From assembly GCA_963668645.2 (NCBI GenBank), contig CAXXWC010000014.1, positions 32,001 to 96,000 of the forward strand: 64,000 bases of DNA, read 5' to 3'. The notes beneath the pieces were generated by a model that saw nothing but the letters and a program-made list of their open reading frames with translations, did no database searches and was not told where the DNA came from. The position numbers and the translations under genes are program-made. This stretch comes from Desulfobacterales bacterium. Lineage in GTDB: Bacteria > Desulfobacterota > Desulfobacteria > Desulfobacterales > UBA2174. Below, in pieces: positions 11,380 through 21,527 of the stretch (position 1 is the stretch's first letter; each line of letters begins with the position of its first letter).

Positions 11380-11583
11380 GCGTTCAGGCTCAGTCCCAAC
11401 CTGCTGATGCTGGAACGCATCAGCGAAACTTTGGCCGGCCGCGCCGTCTACGTCACCATTTGGCCCTTGACCCGGCGCGAGCGGATCGGTTCAGGCCGTG
11501 CGGGGATCTGGCGCGAACTTCTGGCGGCACCGTCCAGTGACTGGAAGCTCGTGCTGGCCGTACCCTGGTGGCAGGTAATCTAA
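11380..11583 (+). pseudogene. Internal fragment of an AAA-family ATP-binding protein (AAA_14/DUF4143-like)
   Basis: SPNLLMLERISETLAGRAVYVTIWPLTRRE resembles the S(A)NLL...SESLAGR segment; no Walker A and no C-terminus. Confidence 0.55.
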
Positions 11584-11593
11584 AATCATTCAC

Positions 11594-12232
11594 TTAACCG
11601 GTGGGTTGACCCTTGATCGGCCCGCCGATAGCCGCCTTGCCCGCCTTGGACCGCTTGGCCTGGGATTTGTGCTTGCGCACGCTGTAGCCGAAGGTGCCCA
11701 CCAGCTTGCCCAGGGCGAAGTAGCGCCCGTGCAGGTAGCAGATCGGCTTGGACCGGGAAAGCGCGAAGGCCCCGGTGCGCGGATCGATGTAGCGCTCATC
11801 GGCGTTGATGGCCACCACCTCGGAAAGAAACATATGGTGGGTGCCCAGGGGCAGGATCTGGCGCACGCGGCACTCGATGCTCAGCGGCGATTCATCGATC
11901 AGCGGGGCCTCGACCTTCTGGGCCTTGACCGGGGTCAGGCCGAGGGCCTGGAATTTGTCCACCTCGCGGCCGGACTTGACCCCGCACCAGTCCGTGGCCC
12001 GGGCCAGGGCCGCGGTGGTCAGGTTGATGACAAATTCCTTGCGCCGGCGGATGATCTCGTAGCTGTAGCGCCCGGGTCGCAACGAGATATAGCCCATGGG
12101 CGGATCGGTGCAGACCGTGCCGGTCCAGGCCACGGTGATGATGTTGAATCCCTCGGTCCAGGTGCCGCAGGTGACCAGGACCGCGGGCACGGGATAGATC
12201 ATGGTGCCCGGCTTCCAGGCGCGTTTGGTCAT
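11594..12232 (-). CDS. Flavin reductase-like FMN-binding protein
   Basis: YPVPAVLV, NIITVAW, CGVKSGR..DKF, APLIDESP..IEC and GTHHMF motifs. Confidence 0.88.
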   Translation of the reverse strand: MTKRAWKPGTMIYPVPAVLVTCGTWTEGFNIITVAWTGTVCTDPPMGYISLRPGRYSYEIIRRRKEFVINLTTAALARATDWCGVKSGREVDKFQALGLTPVKAQKVEAPLIDESPLSIECRVRQILPLGTHHMFLSEVVAINADERYIDPRTGAFALSRSKPICYLHGRYFALGKLVGTFGYSVRKHKSQAKRSKAGKAAIGGPIKGQPTG

Positions 12233-12756
12233 GGCTTGAATCCTTTTTTGGCCGGCACCTGCACCGAAAGATCGACTCCGCGGGCCGCCAGGGCCGCATC
12301 CACGCTGCCAAGATCCATGCGCGCGCCGATCTCCAGCCCGGCGCGGGTAAACCCGCCGCGGGGCACTTCGAGGGCAAAACGCATTCCGTCGCCGGCCGAG
12401 ACCACCGGCGTCCGATCCAGGGGCGCGAGGGGATGGATCTCACGCAGTACGCCGGTGGCGTCGAAAAAGCCGATATCCAGACTCAGGGGCGTATCCTTCA
12501 TCCAGAAACTCAGCCGTTTGGGCCGGGCGTAGATAAAAAGCATCCCGGCGCCGGGGGCCAGGGTCGTGCGGCCCATCAATCCTCTCAGTACTTCCGGGTT
12601 GGTCACGGCCAGTTCGGCGCAGACCACAGCTCCGTCGATGCGGATCGGGTGGCAGTCTCCTGGCGGATCGGCCGCAAGAACCGGGGCTGCCGCCCACAAG
12701 AGCAGCGCCGGCACGAGGCCGCAGATTCTGAATCGCCTTTGTTTTGAGTTCGGCAT
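12229..12756 (-). CDS. DUF192 family exported protein
   Basis: Signal peptide; RGLMGR, GMLF, FWMKDT..LDI and ALEV motifs. Confidence 0.85.
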   Translation of the reverse strand: MPNSKQRRFRICGLVPALLLWAAAPVLAADPPGDCHPIRIDGAVVCAELAVTNPEVLRGLMGRTTLAPGAGMLFIYARPKRLSFWMKDTPLSLDIGFFDATGVLREIHPLAPLDRTPVVSAGDGMRFALEVPRGGFTRAGLEIGARMDLGSVDAALAARGVDLSVQVPAKKGFKP

Positions 12757-12770
12757 GCGCTTATCCTGAA

Positions 12771-12817
12771 TCAGACGGGTCAGACTGGTCAGACGGATCG
12801 GTCGAATCCGTCCGATC
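12771..12817. repeat. Imperfect 9-bp tandem repeat (TCRGACNGR-like)
   Basis: tcagacggg tcagactgg tcagacgga tcggtcgaa tccgtccga; related run at 21385-21420. Confidence 0.6.
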
Positions 12818-12996
12818 GCATGGGTCCGCCTTGATTCCGGGGCTATAGCGCCTCGCGGCAGCCCACGCAAGAGCCGGTCTTGGCGGATCGGCGTGCCGGT
12901 GCTTTACAAGCCCGGGCGGCTGTGCCATACATTGCCTTTTATCAGAACGGGTTAGGCTGATTATTGTTTTGATCGCGCAACAGGCGGGAAAATTTC

Positions 12997-14727
12997 ATGC
13001 TGCAAGAACTGGCGATCAAGAATTTTGCCATCATCGAGGACCTGCGCATCCAGCTCCAGCCGGGTCTGACGATTTTCAGCGGCGAAACCGGGGCCGGCAA
13101 GTCGATCATCATCAGCGCCGTGAGCCTCCTGCTCGGGTCCAGGGCCTCGGACCGGCTGATCCGCACCGGTGCCGAAAGCGCCGAACTCGAGGCCTTGTTC
13201 CAGGTTCCGGCAGACAGTGCCGCAGGTCTTGCCATGGCCCGGCACGGCTTTGCGGCGGCTGACGGGCTGGTCGTGCGCCGCGTTATCCGCCGCGACGGGG
13301 GCAACCGCATCTATGTCAACGGCAACCTGACCACCGTGGCGGTGCTCAACGCCCTGACCGAGAGTTTGGCGAGCATTTCCGGCCAGCACGCCCACCAAGG
13401 GCTGCTGCGCGAGGACCAGCATCTTCTGATCCTCGATCAGTTCGCCGGGTTGATGGATCTGCGCCAGGCGGTGGCCCGGGACCACGGCCTACTGCTGCCC
13501 CTGCTCGAAGCGCGCCGCTCCCTGGAGGCGCGCAAGACGCGCCAGGCCGAGCGGATGGAGCTGCTGCGCTTCCAGCGCAGCGAGATCGAGGGGGCCGGCA
13601 TTACCCGCGACGAGGATCTTTTGCTTGACCAGGAACGGCGCCGTCTGCGCCACGCCGCTACCCTCATCCAGACCCTGGGGGCAGGGATCGAGGTGCTTTA
13701 CGGTGCCGACGGCTCGGCCCTGGAGCAGGTGGCGGCCGTGGGTAAGGACCTGGGCCGGGCCGCCGAGATCGACACGCGGCTGGTCCAGATGGTCGAGCGG
13801 CTCGATGAGATCGGGGTGCTGATCACGGATCTGGCCGCCGATCTGCGCGACTGCCTGGGCACCATCCAGATTGATGAACAGCGCCTGGAGCAGGTCGAAG
13901 AACGGCTCGAAGTGCTGAGGCGGCTCAAGAAAAAGTACGGCGGGAGTCTGGAAAGCGTGCTGGACCGGCTGACGTCCATTTCCCGGGAATTGGAAGGGAT
14001 GGATCAGCTGGACGATGAGATCGTCGAAAACCGCAGCGCCATAGAGGCTGCCGCGGTCCGCCTGGCCGATGCCTGCCGGCGTCTTTCCGCCGCGCGCAGT
14101 AAGGCGGCGGCGAACCTGGGCCGGCAGGTGGAGACCGTGCTGGGAAACCTGCGCATGGAAGGCACGCGCTTCGAGGTGGTCCTGGAGCGTTCGCCGGCCG
14201 AGGCCCGCAACGATCCCCACCTGACGGTGGACGGGGCCTTGATCACCGAGATGGGGATCGACCAGGCGACCTTCATGATGGCGCCCAATATCGGCGAGAC
14301 CATGAAACCGATGGCGGTCATCGCCTCCGGGGGAGAGCTTTCACGGGTGGTCCTGGCGCTCAAGGCGATCCTGGCGGCCACAGCAAGCCTCGAAACCGTG
14401 GTTTTCGACGAGGTCGACGCCGGGATCGGCGGGGCCGTGGCCGAGGTGGTGGGCCGACAGCTCAAGTCCCTGTCCGGCCACCACCAGCTGATCTGTATCA
14501 CCCATCTGCCCCAGATCGCCAAATTCGGCGATCATCACTTCCGCATCGTCAAGACCGTGGCCGACGGGCGCACCCGCACCACCATAGAACCGCTGCACGG
14601 GCCCGGGCGCGTCGAGGAGCTTGCCAGGATGCTGGGGGGCGAGACCATCGGCGATCAGACCCTGGCCCATGCGCGCGAACTGCTCGGGCAGGTTCAGGCC
14701 TCCAGTGGCGCAGAGATAGGCCGATGA
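12997..14727 (+). CDS. recN: DNA repair protein RecN
   Basis: GETGAGKS, ASGGELSR, FDEVDAGIGG and ITHLPQIA motifs. Confidence 0.97.
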   Translation: MLQELAIKNFAIIEDLRIQLQPGLTIFSGETGAGKSIIISAVSLLLGSRASDRLIRTGAESAELEALFQVPADSAAGLAMARHGFAAADGLVVRRVIRRDGGNRIYVNGNLTTVAVLNALTESLASISGQHAHQGLLREDQHLLILDQFAGLMDLRQAVARDHGLLLPLLEARRSLEARKTRQAERMELLRFQRSEIEGAGITRDEDLLLDQERRRLRHAATLIQTLGAGIEVLYGADGSALEQVAAVGKDLGRAAEIDTRLVQMVERLDEIGVLITDLAADLRDCLGTIQIDEQRLEQVEERLEVLRRLKKKYGGSLESVLDRLTSISRELEGMDQLDDEIVENRSAIEAAAVRLADACRRLSAARSKAAANLGRQVETVLGNLRMEGTRFEVVLERSPAEARNDPHLTVDGALITEMGIDQATFMMAPNIGETMKPMAVIASGGELSRVVLALKAILAATASLETVVFDEVDAGIGGAVAEVVGRQLKSLSGHHQLICITHLPQIAKFGDHHFRIVKTVADGRTRTTIEPLHGPGRVEELARMLGGETIGDQTLAHARELLGQVQASSGAEIGR

Positions 14728-14787
14728 CCCCAGCAACCCACAGCGGGGGCGCGATCCGGCGGTCCCGGCACACTCGACTCGGAGCCC

Positions 14788-15627
14788 ATGTCATCCAATA
14801 GTCCACGATCGATGCTTTGCCCGCGCTGCCGGCGCCTGATCGGCCGCAGCGAGAAGGTTTGTCCCTATTGCGGGCTGCCCGCCCCCGGAGGAATGCGGCC
14901 GCTGGGGGCCGTGCTGCGGCGGCTCGATTCGCCCGATGATTTCCTGCGCATCCTGATCTGGATCAACGTGGTTTTTTTCGCGTTGACGATTTTTTTGAGC
15001 GCCGGCCGGATCCATTTTTCCGCCAACCCGTTCACTTTTCTGGCCCCCGACAACTGGAGCCTGCTGCGCCTGGGGGCCAGCGGGGTCCTGCCCATCGATC
15101 GGCTGGGCCGCTGGTGGACGCTGATCGCGGCCGGGTACCTGCACGGCGGATTGCTGCACATTTTTTTCAACATGGCCGCCCTGAACCAGATCGGCCGGTT
15201 GATCCTGCGCGAGTATGGGGTCTACCGGATGTTCGTGATCTATACCATCGGGTCGGCGGTGGGGTTTTTGACCTCCTACCTGGCCGGGGTCGTTTTGACC
15301 ATCGGGGCCTCGGCTGGCCTCTGTGCCCTGGTGGGGGCCGCCCTTTACTACGGCAAGCGCCGCGGGGGGATCTACGGGCAGGCCGTCTATCGCCAGACCA
15401 GCGGCTGGATCGTGGGGTTGATCCTCATCGGCCTGATGCCGGGGATCAACAACTGGGCCCACGGCGGCGGTTTGGCGGCCGGGGCGGCGGCGGCCCATCT
15501 GCTGGGATACATCGAGCGCCGGGCCGCGTCGCGCATCGATCGATTGCTGGGGCTGGCCGCGATGCTGCTCACCGGGGCGGTTCTGGCCTGGGCCCTGGTC
15601 AATGCCTTTTTCTTCCGGCCGGTTTGA
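14788..15627 (+). CDS. Rhomboid intramembrane serine protease with N-terminal zinc ribbon
   Basis: CPRC..CPYC; HGGLLHIFFNM, GASAG and AHGGG motifs. Confidence 0.9.
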   Translation: MSSNSPRSMLCPRCRRLIGRSEKVCPYCGLPAPGGMRPLGAVLRRLDSPDDFLRILIWINVVFFALTIFLSAGRIHFSANPFTFLAPDNWSLLRLGASGVLPIDRLGRWWTLIAAGYLHGGLLHIFFNMAALNQIGRLILREYGVYRMFVIYTIGSAVGFLTSYLAGVVLTIGASAGLCALVGAALYYGKRRGGIYGQAVYRQTSGWIVGLILIGLMPGINNWAHGGGLAAGAAAAHLLGYIERRAASRIDRLLGLAAMLLTGAVLAWALVNAFFFRPV

Positions 15628-15659
15628 CCTTGCCGGAATCGAAGTGGACCGCAGGGGAT

Positions 15660-16094
15660 TCAGGGGCGTTTCAGCGCCTGGAGCTGCTCGGCACTGCGCT
15701 GGCAGATGCCGGCCACCAGACTCAGGGCGCGGGTGAGGTGAAAAGGGGCTTCCTGGGGGACGCCCGAGCCGATCATGACCCGGGCCTTGTCCATGGCGCG
15801 TACCACATCGTCCCAGGAGGCGTCTCCGGTCAACCGGTGGGCCCCGAGGGCCTCGCCCATTACCAAAGCGAGCAGGGCCTCGCAGGAGGCCACCGCGCCG
15901 CGGCGGGCCGCCCCCTCAAGTTCCACGGCCTGCTGGAAACAGGCAGTGGCCCAGATCAGGCCGGATTTGATCTTTTCACAGAGGCTGAATGCCGCCACCG
16001 CCGGATCCAGAAAGGTCGTCGCGGCGGGCACGTCAAGCGCCTTTCGCCTGGCTGCAGACCGGAATGCAAATAAAAGATGCCATCGTGGGTTCAC
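15660..16094 (-). CDS. Hypothetical protein
   Basis: 144-aa ORF overlapping the trmO stop by 4 nt. Confidence 0.55.
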   Translation of the reverse strand: MNPRWHLLFAFRSAARRKALDVPAATTFLDPAVAAFSLCEKIKSGLIWATACFQQAVELEGAARRGAVASCEALLALVMGEALGAHRLTGDASWDDVVRAMDKARVMIGSGVPQEAPFHLTRALSLVAGICQRSAEQLQALKRP

Positions 16095-16813
16095 CCTTTG
16101 TCCGACGAAGATTGGATGGGGACAATGTCCACCACTTCAATGCCTTCCGCAGACCTGCGCCAGCGGACATCGAGATCGTCGAGGCGCAGGCCGTGGATCC
16201 GGCCGTCCATTTTTGCGGCATAATAGGCCGGGCGCGGATCGCTGGCAAGCACTTGAACGATCAGTGGTGCGAGCCGGTCCGTCCCCCGGGTTTCCAGGCG
16301 GGCCAGGGCGGCCCGGGCATGCTGGGCAAACGTCACCGGCACGCAAGGCGGGGCCTGCTCGGCGAACCCGCCTGTGGCAAGGGGATGGGCATCGGCGTAA
16401 GGCAGGTAGGGCTTGATGTCCAGGACCGGTGTGCCGTCGAGAAAATCGACCCCCGCCAGATCGAGTTCCACCCTTTCATGCAGCCGGCGCAGGCCTTCGA
16501 GGCGTACGGCCGAAATGCCCACCGGATTGGGCCGGAACCCGCTGCGGGTGGCAAAAACACCCAGGCGCCGGTTCCCGCCGAGGCGCGGCGGGCGCACTGT
16601 CGGGCGCCAGCCGCGATCCAGGTGGGCATGGAACACAAAAACGACCCAGATGTGGCTGAAGGCTTCCAGGCCGGTCAGGGCTTCGGGGCGCGCGTAGGGC
16701 GGGTAGAGCTCCAGAACGGCACGCGCATCCGGGGCCAGGTTCGGCTGGCGAGGGATGCCGAATTTTTCCTTGAAGCAGGAACGGATCCGGCCGATGGGAA
16801 CAAAACGGTACAA
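16091..16813 (-). CDS. trmO: tRNA m6t6A37 methyltransferase TrmO/TsaA
   Basis: KFGIPRQP, VRPPRLGGN, GVFATRS..RPN and DGTPVLDIKPY motifs. Confidence 0.93.
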   Translation of the reverse strand: MYRFVPIGRIRSCFKEKFGIPRQPNLAPDARAVLELYPPYARPEALTGLEAFSHIWVVFVFHAHLDRGWRPTVRPPRLGGNRRLGVFATRSGFRPNPVGISAVRLEGLRRLHERVELDLAGVDFLDGTPVLDIKPYLPYADAHPLATGGFAEQAPPCVPVTFAQHARAALARLETRGTDRLAPLIVQVLASDPRPAYYAAKMDGRIHGLRLDDLDVRWRRSAEGIEVVDIVPIQSSSDKG

Positions 16814-16852
16814 TCGATGCTCCTGGGGCCGTTTTAAAGTTTAAAGGGCCGA

Positions 16853-17770
16853 TCAGGCCGCCTGTTGGGACGCTCGGCGCAGCCCGTTGGCAAACAGGTG
16901 CACCTGGCTGGCCAGCATCCCGCCGAGCATCAGGGCACAGCCGGTCATGCTGCGAAAGCTCAAGGTCTCGGCGAGCAGCAGCCATCCGCCCAGGGCGGCG
17001 AAGACCGCCTCCAGGCTGAGCAAAATGGCGGCGTGGGCCGGCGGGGCGTCCTTTTGAGCCACCACCTGGAGGGTGTAGGCGATGCCCACCGACGCCAGCC
17101 CCCCGTAAAGGATCGGCACGGCGGCGGCCATGATTCCGGCAAGCGTCACGGTTTCGGAAACCAGGGCCGTGGCCAGGCTGAGCAGGGCGCAGCCGGCGTA
17201 CTGCAGGCAGGCGAGCCGTATGACCGGCAACCGAGGCGAAAGCCAACCGAGGATCAGGACATGCCCGGCCCAGAAAACGGCTCCGGCCAGCTCCAGCAGA
17301 TCGCCGAAAGCGATGGTGAACTGTTCGGTGACGCTGAGCAGGTAGAGACCCGCAGCGGCCAGCAGGGCGCCGATCCAAGTGCCGGCATCCGGCCGTTGGC
17401 GCCACAAAAGGCCCATGATGGGAACGATGACAACGTACAGACCGGTGATGAAACCCGCCTTGCCGGCGGTGGTGTAGACCAGGCCCACCTGCTGCAGCGA
17501 GGCGCCGAGAAAAAGGGCCGTCGCGGCCAGAATCGGCCCCCAGAAAGCGATGCCGCCCGCGGCGGCCGTTCGGGGCCGGAGAGTGCGGGAAAGGCGTCCT
17601 TCGAGCCAGACCAGGGGCAGCAGCGAGAGGCTGCCCAGGGCGAAGCGTACCCCGTTGAAGGTGAAGGGCCCCACGTGGTTCATGCCCACCCGCTGGGCCA
17701 CGAAGGCAAAACCCCATATGGCGGCGGTGGCCAGCAGCATCAGATCGGCCCGCAGTGTTCGACTTTGCAT
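16853..17770 (-). CDS. DMT/EamA family transporter
   Basis: IWGFAFVAQ, AGFITGLYV and LSLEAVFA motifs; about 10 hydrophobic segments. Confidence 0.9.
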   Translation of the reverse strand: MQSRTLRADLMLLATAAIWGFAFVAQRVGMNHVGPFTFNGVRFALGSLSLLPLVWLEGRLSRTLRPRTAAAGGIAFWGPILAATALFLGASLQQVGLVYTTAGKAGFITGLYVVIVPIMGLLWRQRPDAGTWIGALLAAAGLYLLSVTEQFTIAFGDLLELAGAVFWAGHVLILGWLSPRLPVIRLACLQYAGCALLSLATALVSETVTLAGIMAAAVPILYGGLASVGIAYTLQVVAQKDAPPAHAAILLSLEAVFAALGGWLLLAETLSFRSMTGCALMLGGMLASQVHLFANGLRRASQQAA

Positions 17771-17999
17771 TTTACCCATGTTCCGGATGTGAAGTTTGCA
17801 TGAACGGCGCACCATACCTTCGGCGGCACTGCCGGTCAAGGGTGGTCGCACCCGGAGCGCAATTCTCGATGGAATTGCCGCTGGCCGCTTGACCTTTAAA
17901 GATAAGCACTATAGTTACGATCAGTTGACAAAATTGTCACAGCTCGGCGATCAATCGCGACCTGCCTGTAATAAAGGCGGTTGGTGCTGAATCTGATCG

Positions 18000-20000
18000 A
18001 TGGGCATCGCAAAGCGGCCGTTGTCGATAGGATCTTCGAGCGGCCAACGGGGAGCCATGAAAGATCAATCCTTTCGGGGCGGCCGGGTTCAAGGCTGCGG
18101 CATGCAGGCCGATGAGCTGCGGGAAATTCTCGATCATTCCTGCGATATCCTCTACCGGCGCGATCTTCACTCCGGGGTTTACGACTACCTGAGCCGCGCT
18201 TTCGTCCGGCTCCTCGGCTACAGCCAGGAGGAGGTCGCCGGCATGGCCTGGGAAGAGGTCGGCGGTCTGATCCATCCTCAGGACCGCGAACGCCACGATG
18301 CCTGCCTGCAAACCCTGCTCGACGCCGATTCCGCCATACCGCGCAACGAGACCGTCGAGTATCGCTTGCGCTGCAAAGACGGGACCTATCGCTGGTTCCG
18401 CGATCAAATGACCATCGTGCGGGATCCTGCCGGTCAACCGCTTTATCTGCTGGGCAACAACCGGGATATCACCGAACATCGCAACGTCGAGCAGACCCTG
18501 GCCGAGATTCAAGGCGGGCTGTTCATCGTTTTGGACAGCATCGAGGCCCATATTTTCGCGGCCGACATGCAGACCTACGAAGTCCTTTTCATGAATCGCA
18601 AGATGAAGGAGGATTTCGGCCATCCGCTCGAGGGGTGCATCTGCTGGCAAGTGTTCCGCGGCGGGCAGGGACCTTGCGCCCATTGCACCAACAGCCGGCT
18701 TATCGACAGCCAGGGGAAGCCCACCGGAGTCTGCGTCTGGGAAGGCCGCAATCCGGTTACGCGACGCTGGTACGTCAACCACGACCAGGCTATCAAATGG
18801 AACGACGGCCGCTTGGTTCGGCTTCAGATCGCCTTTGACGTTACGGATGTCAAACGTTTGGAGCTGGAGCGGGGCCAAGCCGTCGAAAAGCTGCAGCAGG
18901 CCCAGAAGCTGGAGGCCATTGGCACTCTTGCCGGTGGTATAGCTCATGATTTCAATAATTTACTCATGGGGATCGTCGGGCACCTGAACCTCATCCAGCT
19001 CGATCTGGAACCTGACCATCCCCAACTGGCGCGGATTGCCAAGATCGAGGAGATGGTTCTCAGCGGGCGCCAGTTGACCGGGCAGCTGCTCAGTTATGCG
19101 CGCAAGGGTAAATTTGAGGCCCGGTTTATCGATCTCAACCCGATCGTGCGCGAAGCGCTCGAAGCCGTCTCGCGCATGCGAAAGGATATCATGGTGCGGC
19201 TCGATTTGGTGGAAGCGGCGGCCATCGTCTGGGCCGACAGGTCACAGATGGTCCAAATGCTATGGAATTTGTGTGCCAATGCCTCGGATGCCATGCCGGA
19301 GGGGGGCATGTTGACGGTCTCTACGCGCATCGAAGCCGGGCAATCCGCAGAACCCGGTCAGGTGGTTCTCACCGTGGCCGATAGCGGCCAGGGGATCGAG
19401 GCCGAGATCCGCGACCGTATCTTCGAACCATTCTTTACCACCAAGTATCGCGGCAGGGGCACCGGGATGGGGCTGGCGTCGGTTTACGGCATCGTCAAGG
19501 GCCACGGCGGCCATATCCAGGTTTCCTCAGAGCCGGGAAAAGGGGCCTGCTTTACCGTATCCCTGCCGGCGATGAACGATCGGGGGGAAGATCCGTCCGT
19601 ACCGGCACCGGCCGCTTCAAAGATCCGGACGATCCTGCTGGTGGACGATGAGGATTTCGTGCGTGAAATCGGTCGTGACCTGCTCGAACACCTCGGTTTT
19701 TCAGTGGTGGAGGCTCAAAACGGGGAGCAGGCCGTTGCCCTTTTGGCCGAATCGGGGGATATGATCGACCTGGTGATTCTCGATCTGATCATGCCGGAAA
19801 TGAGCGGCACCGAAACCTTTGACCGTCTCAAGCGGATCGATCCGGCCGTGCGGGTGCTGCTATCCAGTGGATACAGCCTCGAAGGCGAGGCCCAGGCCCT
19901 GCTGGACCGGGGCTGTGACGGTTTTATCCAGAAACCGTTCACCATTGCCCAGCTGAAAGAGAAGATCGAGCGGATTTTGTCGCTGGCCCGGCCCAAGTAG
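18000..20000 (+). CDS. PAS-domain hybrid sensor histidine kinase
   Basis: PAS domains, [21 protein letters not shown] and receiver domain; start uncertain. Confidence 0.9.
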   Translation: MGIAKRPLSIGSSSGQRGAMKDQSFRGGRVQGCGMQADELREILDHSCDILYRRDLHSGVYDYLSRAFVRLLGYSQEEVAGMAWEEVGGLIHPQDRERHDACLQTLLDADSAIPRNETVEYRLRCKDGTYRWFRDQMTIVRDPAGQPLYLLGNNRDITEHRNVEQTLAEIQGGLFIVLDSIEAHIFAADMQTYEVLFMNRKMKEDFGHPLEGCICWQVFRGGQGPCAHCTNSRLIDSQGKPTGVCVWEGRNPVTRRWYVNHDQAIKWNDGRLVRLQIAFDVTDVKRLELERGQAVEKLQQAQKLEAIGTLAGGIAHDFNNLLMGIVGHLNLIQLDLEPDHPQLARIAKIEEMVLSGRQLTGQLLSYARKGKFEARFIDLNPIVREALEAVSRMRKDIMVRLDLVEAAAIVWADRSQMVQMLWNLCANASDAMPEGGMLTVSTRIEAGQSAEPGQVVLTVADSGQGIEAEIRDRIFEPFFTTKYRGRGTGMGLASVYGIVKGHGGHIQVSSEPGKGACFTVSLPAMNDRGEDPSVPAPAASKIRTILLVDDEDFVREIGRDLLEHLGFSVVEAQNGEQAVALLAESGDMIDLVILDLIMPEMSGTETFDRLKRIDPAVRVLLSSGYSLEGEAQALLDRGCDGFIQKPFTIAQLKEKIERILSLARPK

Positions 20001-20019
20001 CCAGGCCCGGGAGGCCGCC

Positions 20020-21402
20020 TTGGAATTTCACACCCGACTGCTGAATGACCGTCCGCCAAAAGCCGGCGATTTCGTCCTTTACTGGATGCAGCAGGCGCAG
20101 CGGGCCGATGAAAATCCTGCCCTGGCCTATGCCATGATCCAGGCCAACCGGCTCGCCCTGCCCCTGGTGGCGGTTTTCGGGCTGACCGGGGCCTATCCCG
20201 AGGCCAATCTTCGCCATTACACCTTCATGCTCGAAGGCTTGCGCGACACCGCGGCCCGGCTCGCCGACAAAGGGATCCGCCTTGTCCTGCGCATCGGGGA
20301 TCCGGAACGGGTGGTGCTCGATCTGGAAAAACGGGCCGCCCTGATCGTCTGCGACCGGGGGTACCTGCGCCACCAGCACCGCTGGCGGCAGGCCGTGGGG
20401 ACAGGGGCCGATTGTCCGGTGGTCGAGGTGGAAACCGATCTGGTGGTGCCGGTGGAGGTCGTCTCGGGCAAGTCCGAGTATGCCGCCCGCACCCTGCGGC
20501 CCAAGATCATGGGCCTGCTAGACCGGTTTTTGCGCCCCGTGCCGGAAGTGGACCTGGACAGCCCGTCGGTGGACATGGTCCTGGCCGGGGAGGATCCGGC
20601 CGATCTTGGCGGGCTGCTGGCCAAGTTGAAGGTCGATGGGCGTGTGGCGCCGGTCTCGCACTGGCTCAAGGGCGGCACCGGCCAGGCCCAGCAGCGCCTG
20701 GAGAGGTTTATAGCGCGAGGTTTGGGCGATTATGCAGCCCACGGCAACCAGCCCCAGACCGACGATGTCTCGATGATGAGCCCCTATCTTCACTTCGGCC
20801 AGATCTCCCCGGTCTGGCTGGCCCGCCGCATCCGGGCCGCAGCGGGCGATGAGGCAGACAAGGCCGCCTATATCGAACAGCTGGTGGTGCGCCGCGAGCT
20901 GGCATTCAACTTCGTGCACTACAATTCGGCCTACGACGGTTTTGACAGCCTGCCGGCCTGGGCCCGTGAGACCCTGGCGGTCCATGCGGCCGACCCGCGG
21001 ACCCACCTTTATACGCCCGCCCAGCTTGAAGCCGGGCAGACCCACGATCCTTACTGGAACGCGGCCATGGCCGAGATGCGCACCACCGGCTTCATGCACA
21101 ACTACATGCGCATGTACTGGGGCAAGCAGGTCCTGGCCTGGTCTGACAGCCCCCGGGCAGCCTTCACAACCCTGCTGGAGCTCAACAACCGCTATTTCCT
21201 CGACGGGCGCGATCCCAATTCTTATGCCGGTGTGGCCTGGATCTTCGGCCAGCACGACCGGCCCTGGCCTGAGCGGCCGGTCTTCGGCAAGGTGCGCTCC
21301 ATGACCGCGGCCGGTCTGCGGCGCAAGTGCGACATCGATGCCTACATGAGAAAAGTCGCGGCGCGCGCGGGCGGGCTGGGCGGATCCGACGTATCAGACT
21401 GA
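20020..21402 (+). CDS. phr: Class II CPD photolyase
   Basis: VLYWMQ, SPYLHFGQIS, THDPYWNAA, MHNYMRMYWGK and DGRDPNSY motifs. Confidence 0.92.
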   Translation: MEFHTRLLNDRPPKAGDFVLYWMQQAQRADENPALAYAMIQANRLALPLVAVFGLTGAYPEANLRHYTFMLEGLRDTAARLADKGIRLVLRIGDPERVVLDLEKRAALIVCDRGYLRHQHRWRQAVGTGADCPVVEVETDLVVPVEVVSGKSEYAARTLRPKIMGLLDRFLRPVPEVDLDSPSVDMVLAGEDPADLGGLLAKLKVDGRVAPVSHWLKGGTGQAQQRLERFIARGLGDYAAHGNQPQTDDVSMMSPYLHFGQISPVWLARRIRAAAGDEADKAAYIEQLVVRRELAFNFVHYNSAYDGFDSLPAWARETLAVHAADPRTHLYTPAQLEAGQTHDPYWNAAMAEMRTTGFMHNYMRMYWGKQVLAWSDSPRAAFTTLLELNNRYFLDGRDPNSYAGVAWIFGQHDRPWPERPVFGKVRSMTAAGLRRKCDIDAYMRKVAARAGGLGGSDVSD

Positions 21403-21466
21403 TCGGACGGATCCGTACGATGCTTCCCTTTTTCCCGGTTGCCTTCTAACGATGTGTTCTTATCGT

Positions 21467-21485
21467 AGCGATAATTGTTATCGCT
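21467..21485. promoter_or_regulatory. Perfect inverted repeat resembling a Fur-family 7-1-7 box
   Basis: AGCGATAA-TTG-TTATCGCT, about 40 bp upstream of the 21528 ORF. Confidence 0.5.
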
Positions 21486-21527
21486 TAATAATGCTGGGCC
21501 GATACCGATCACAAAGGGAATCCCTGG

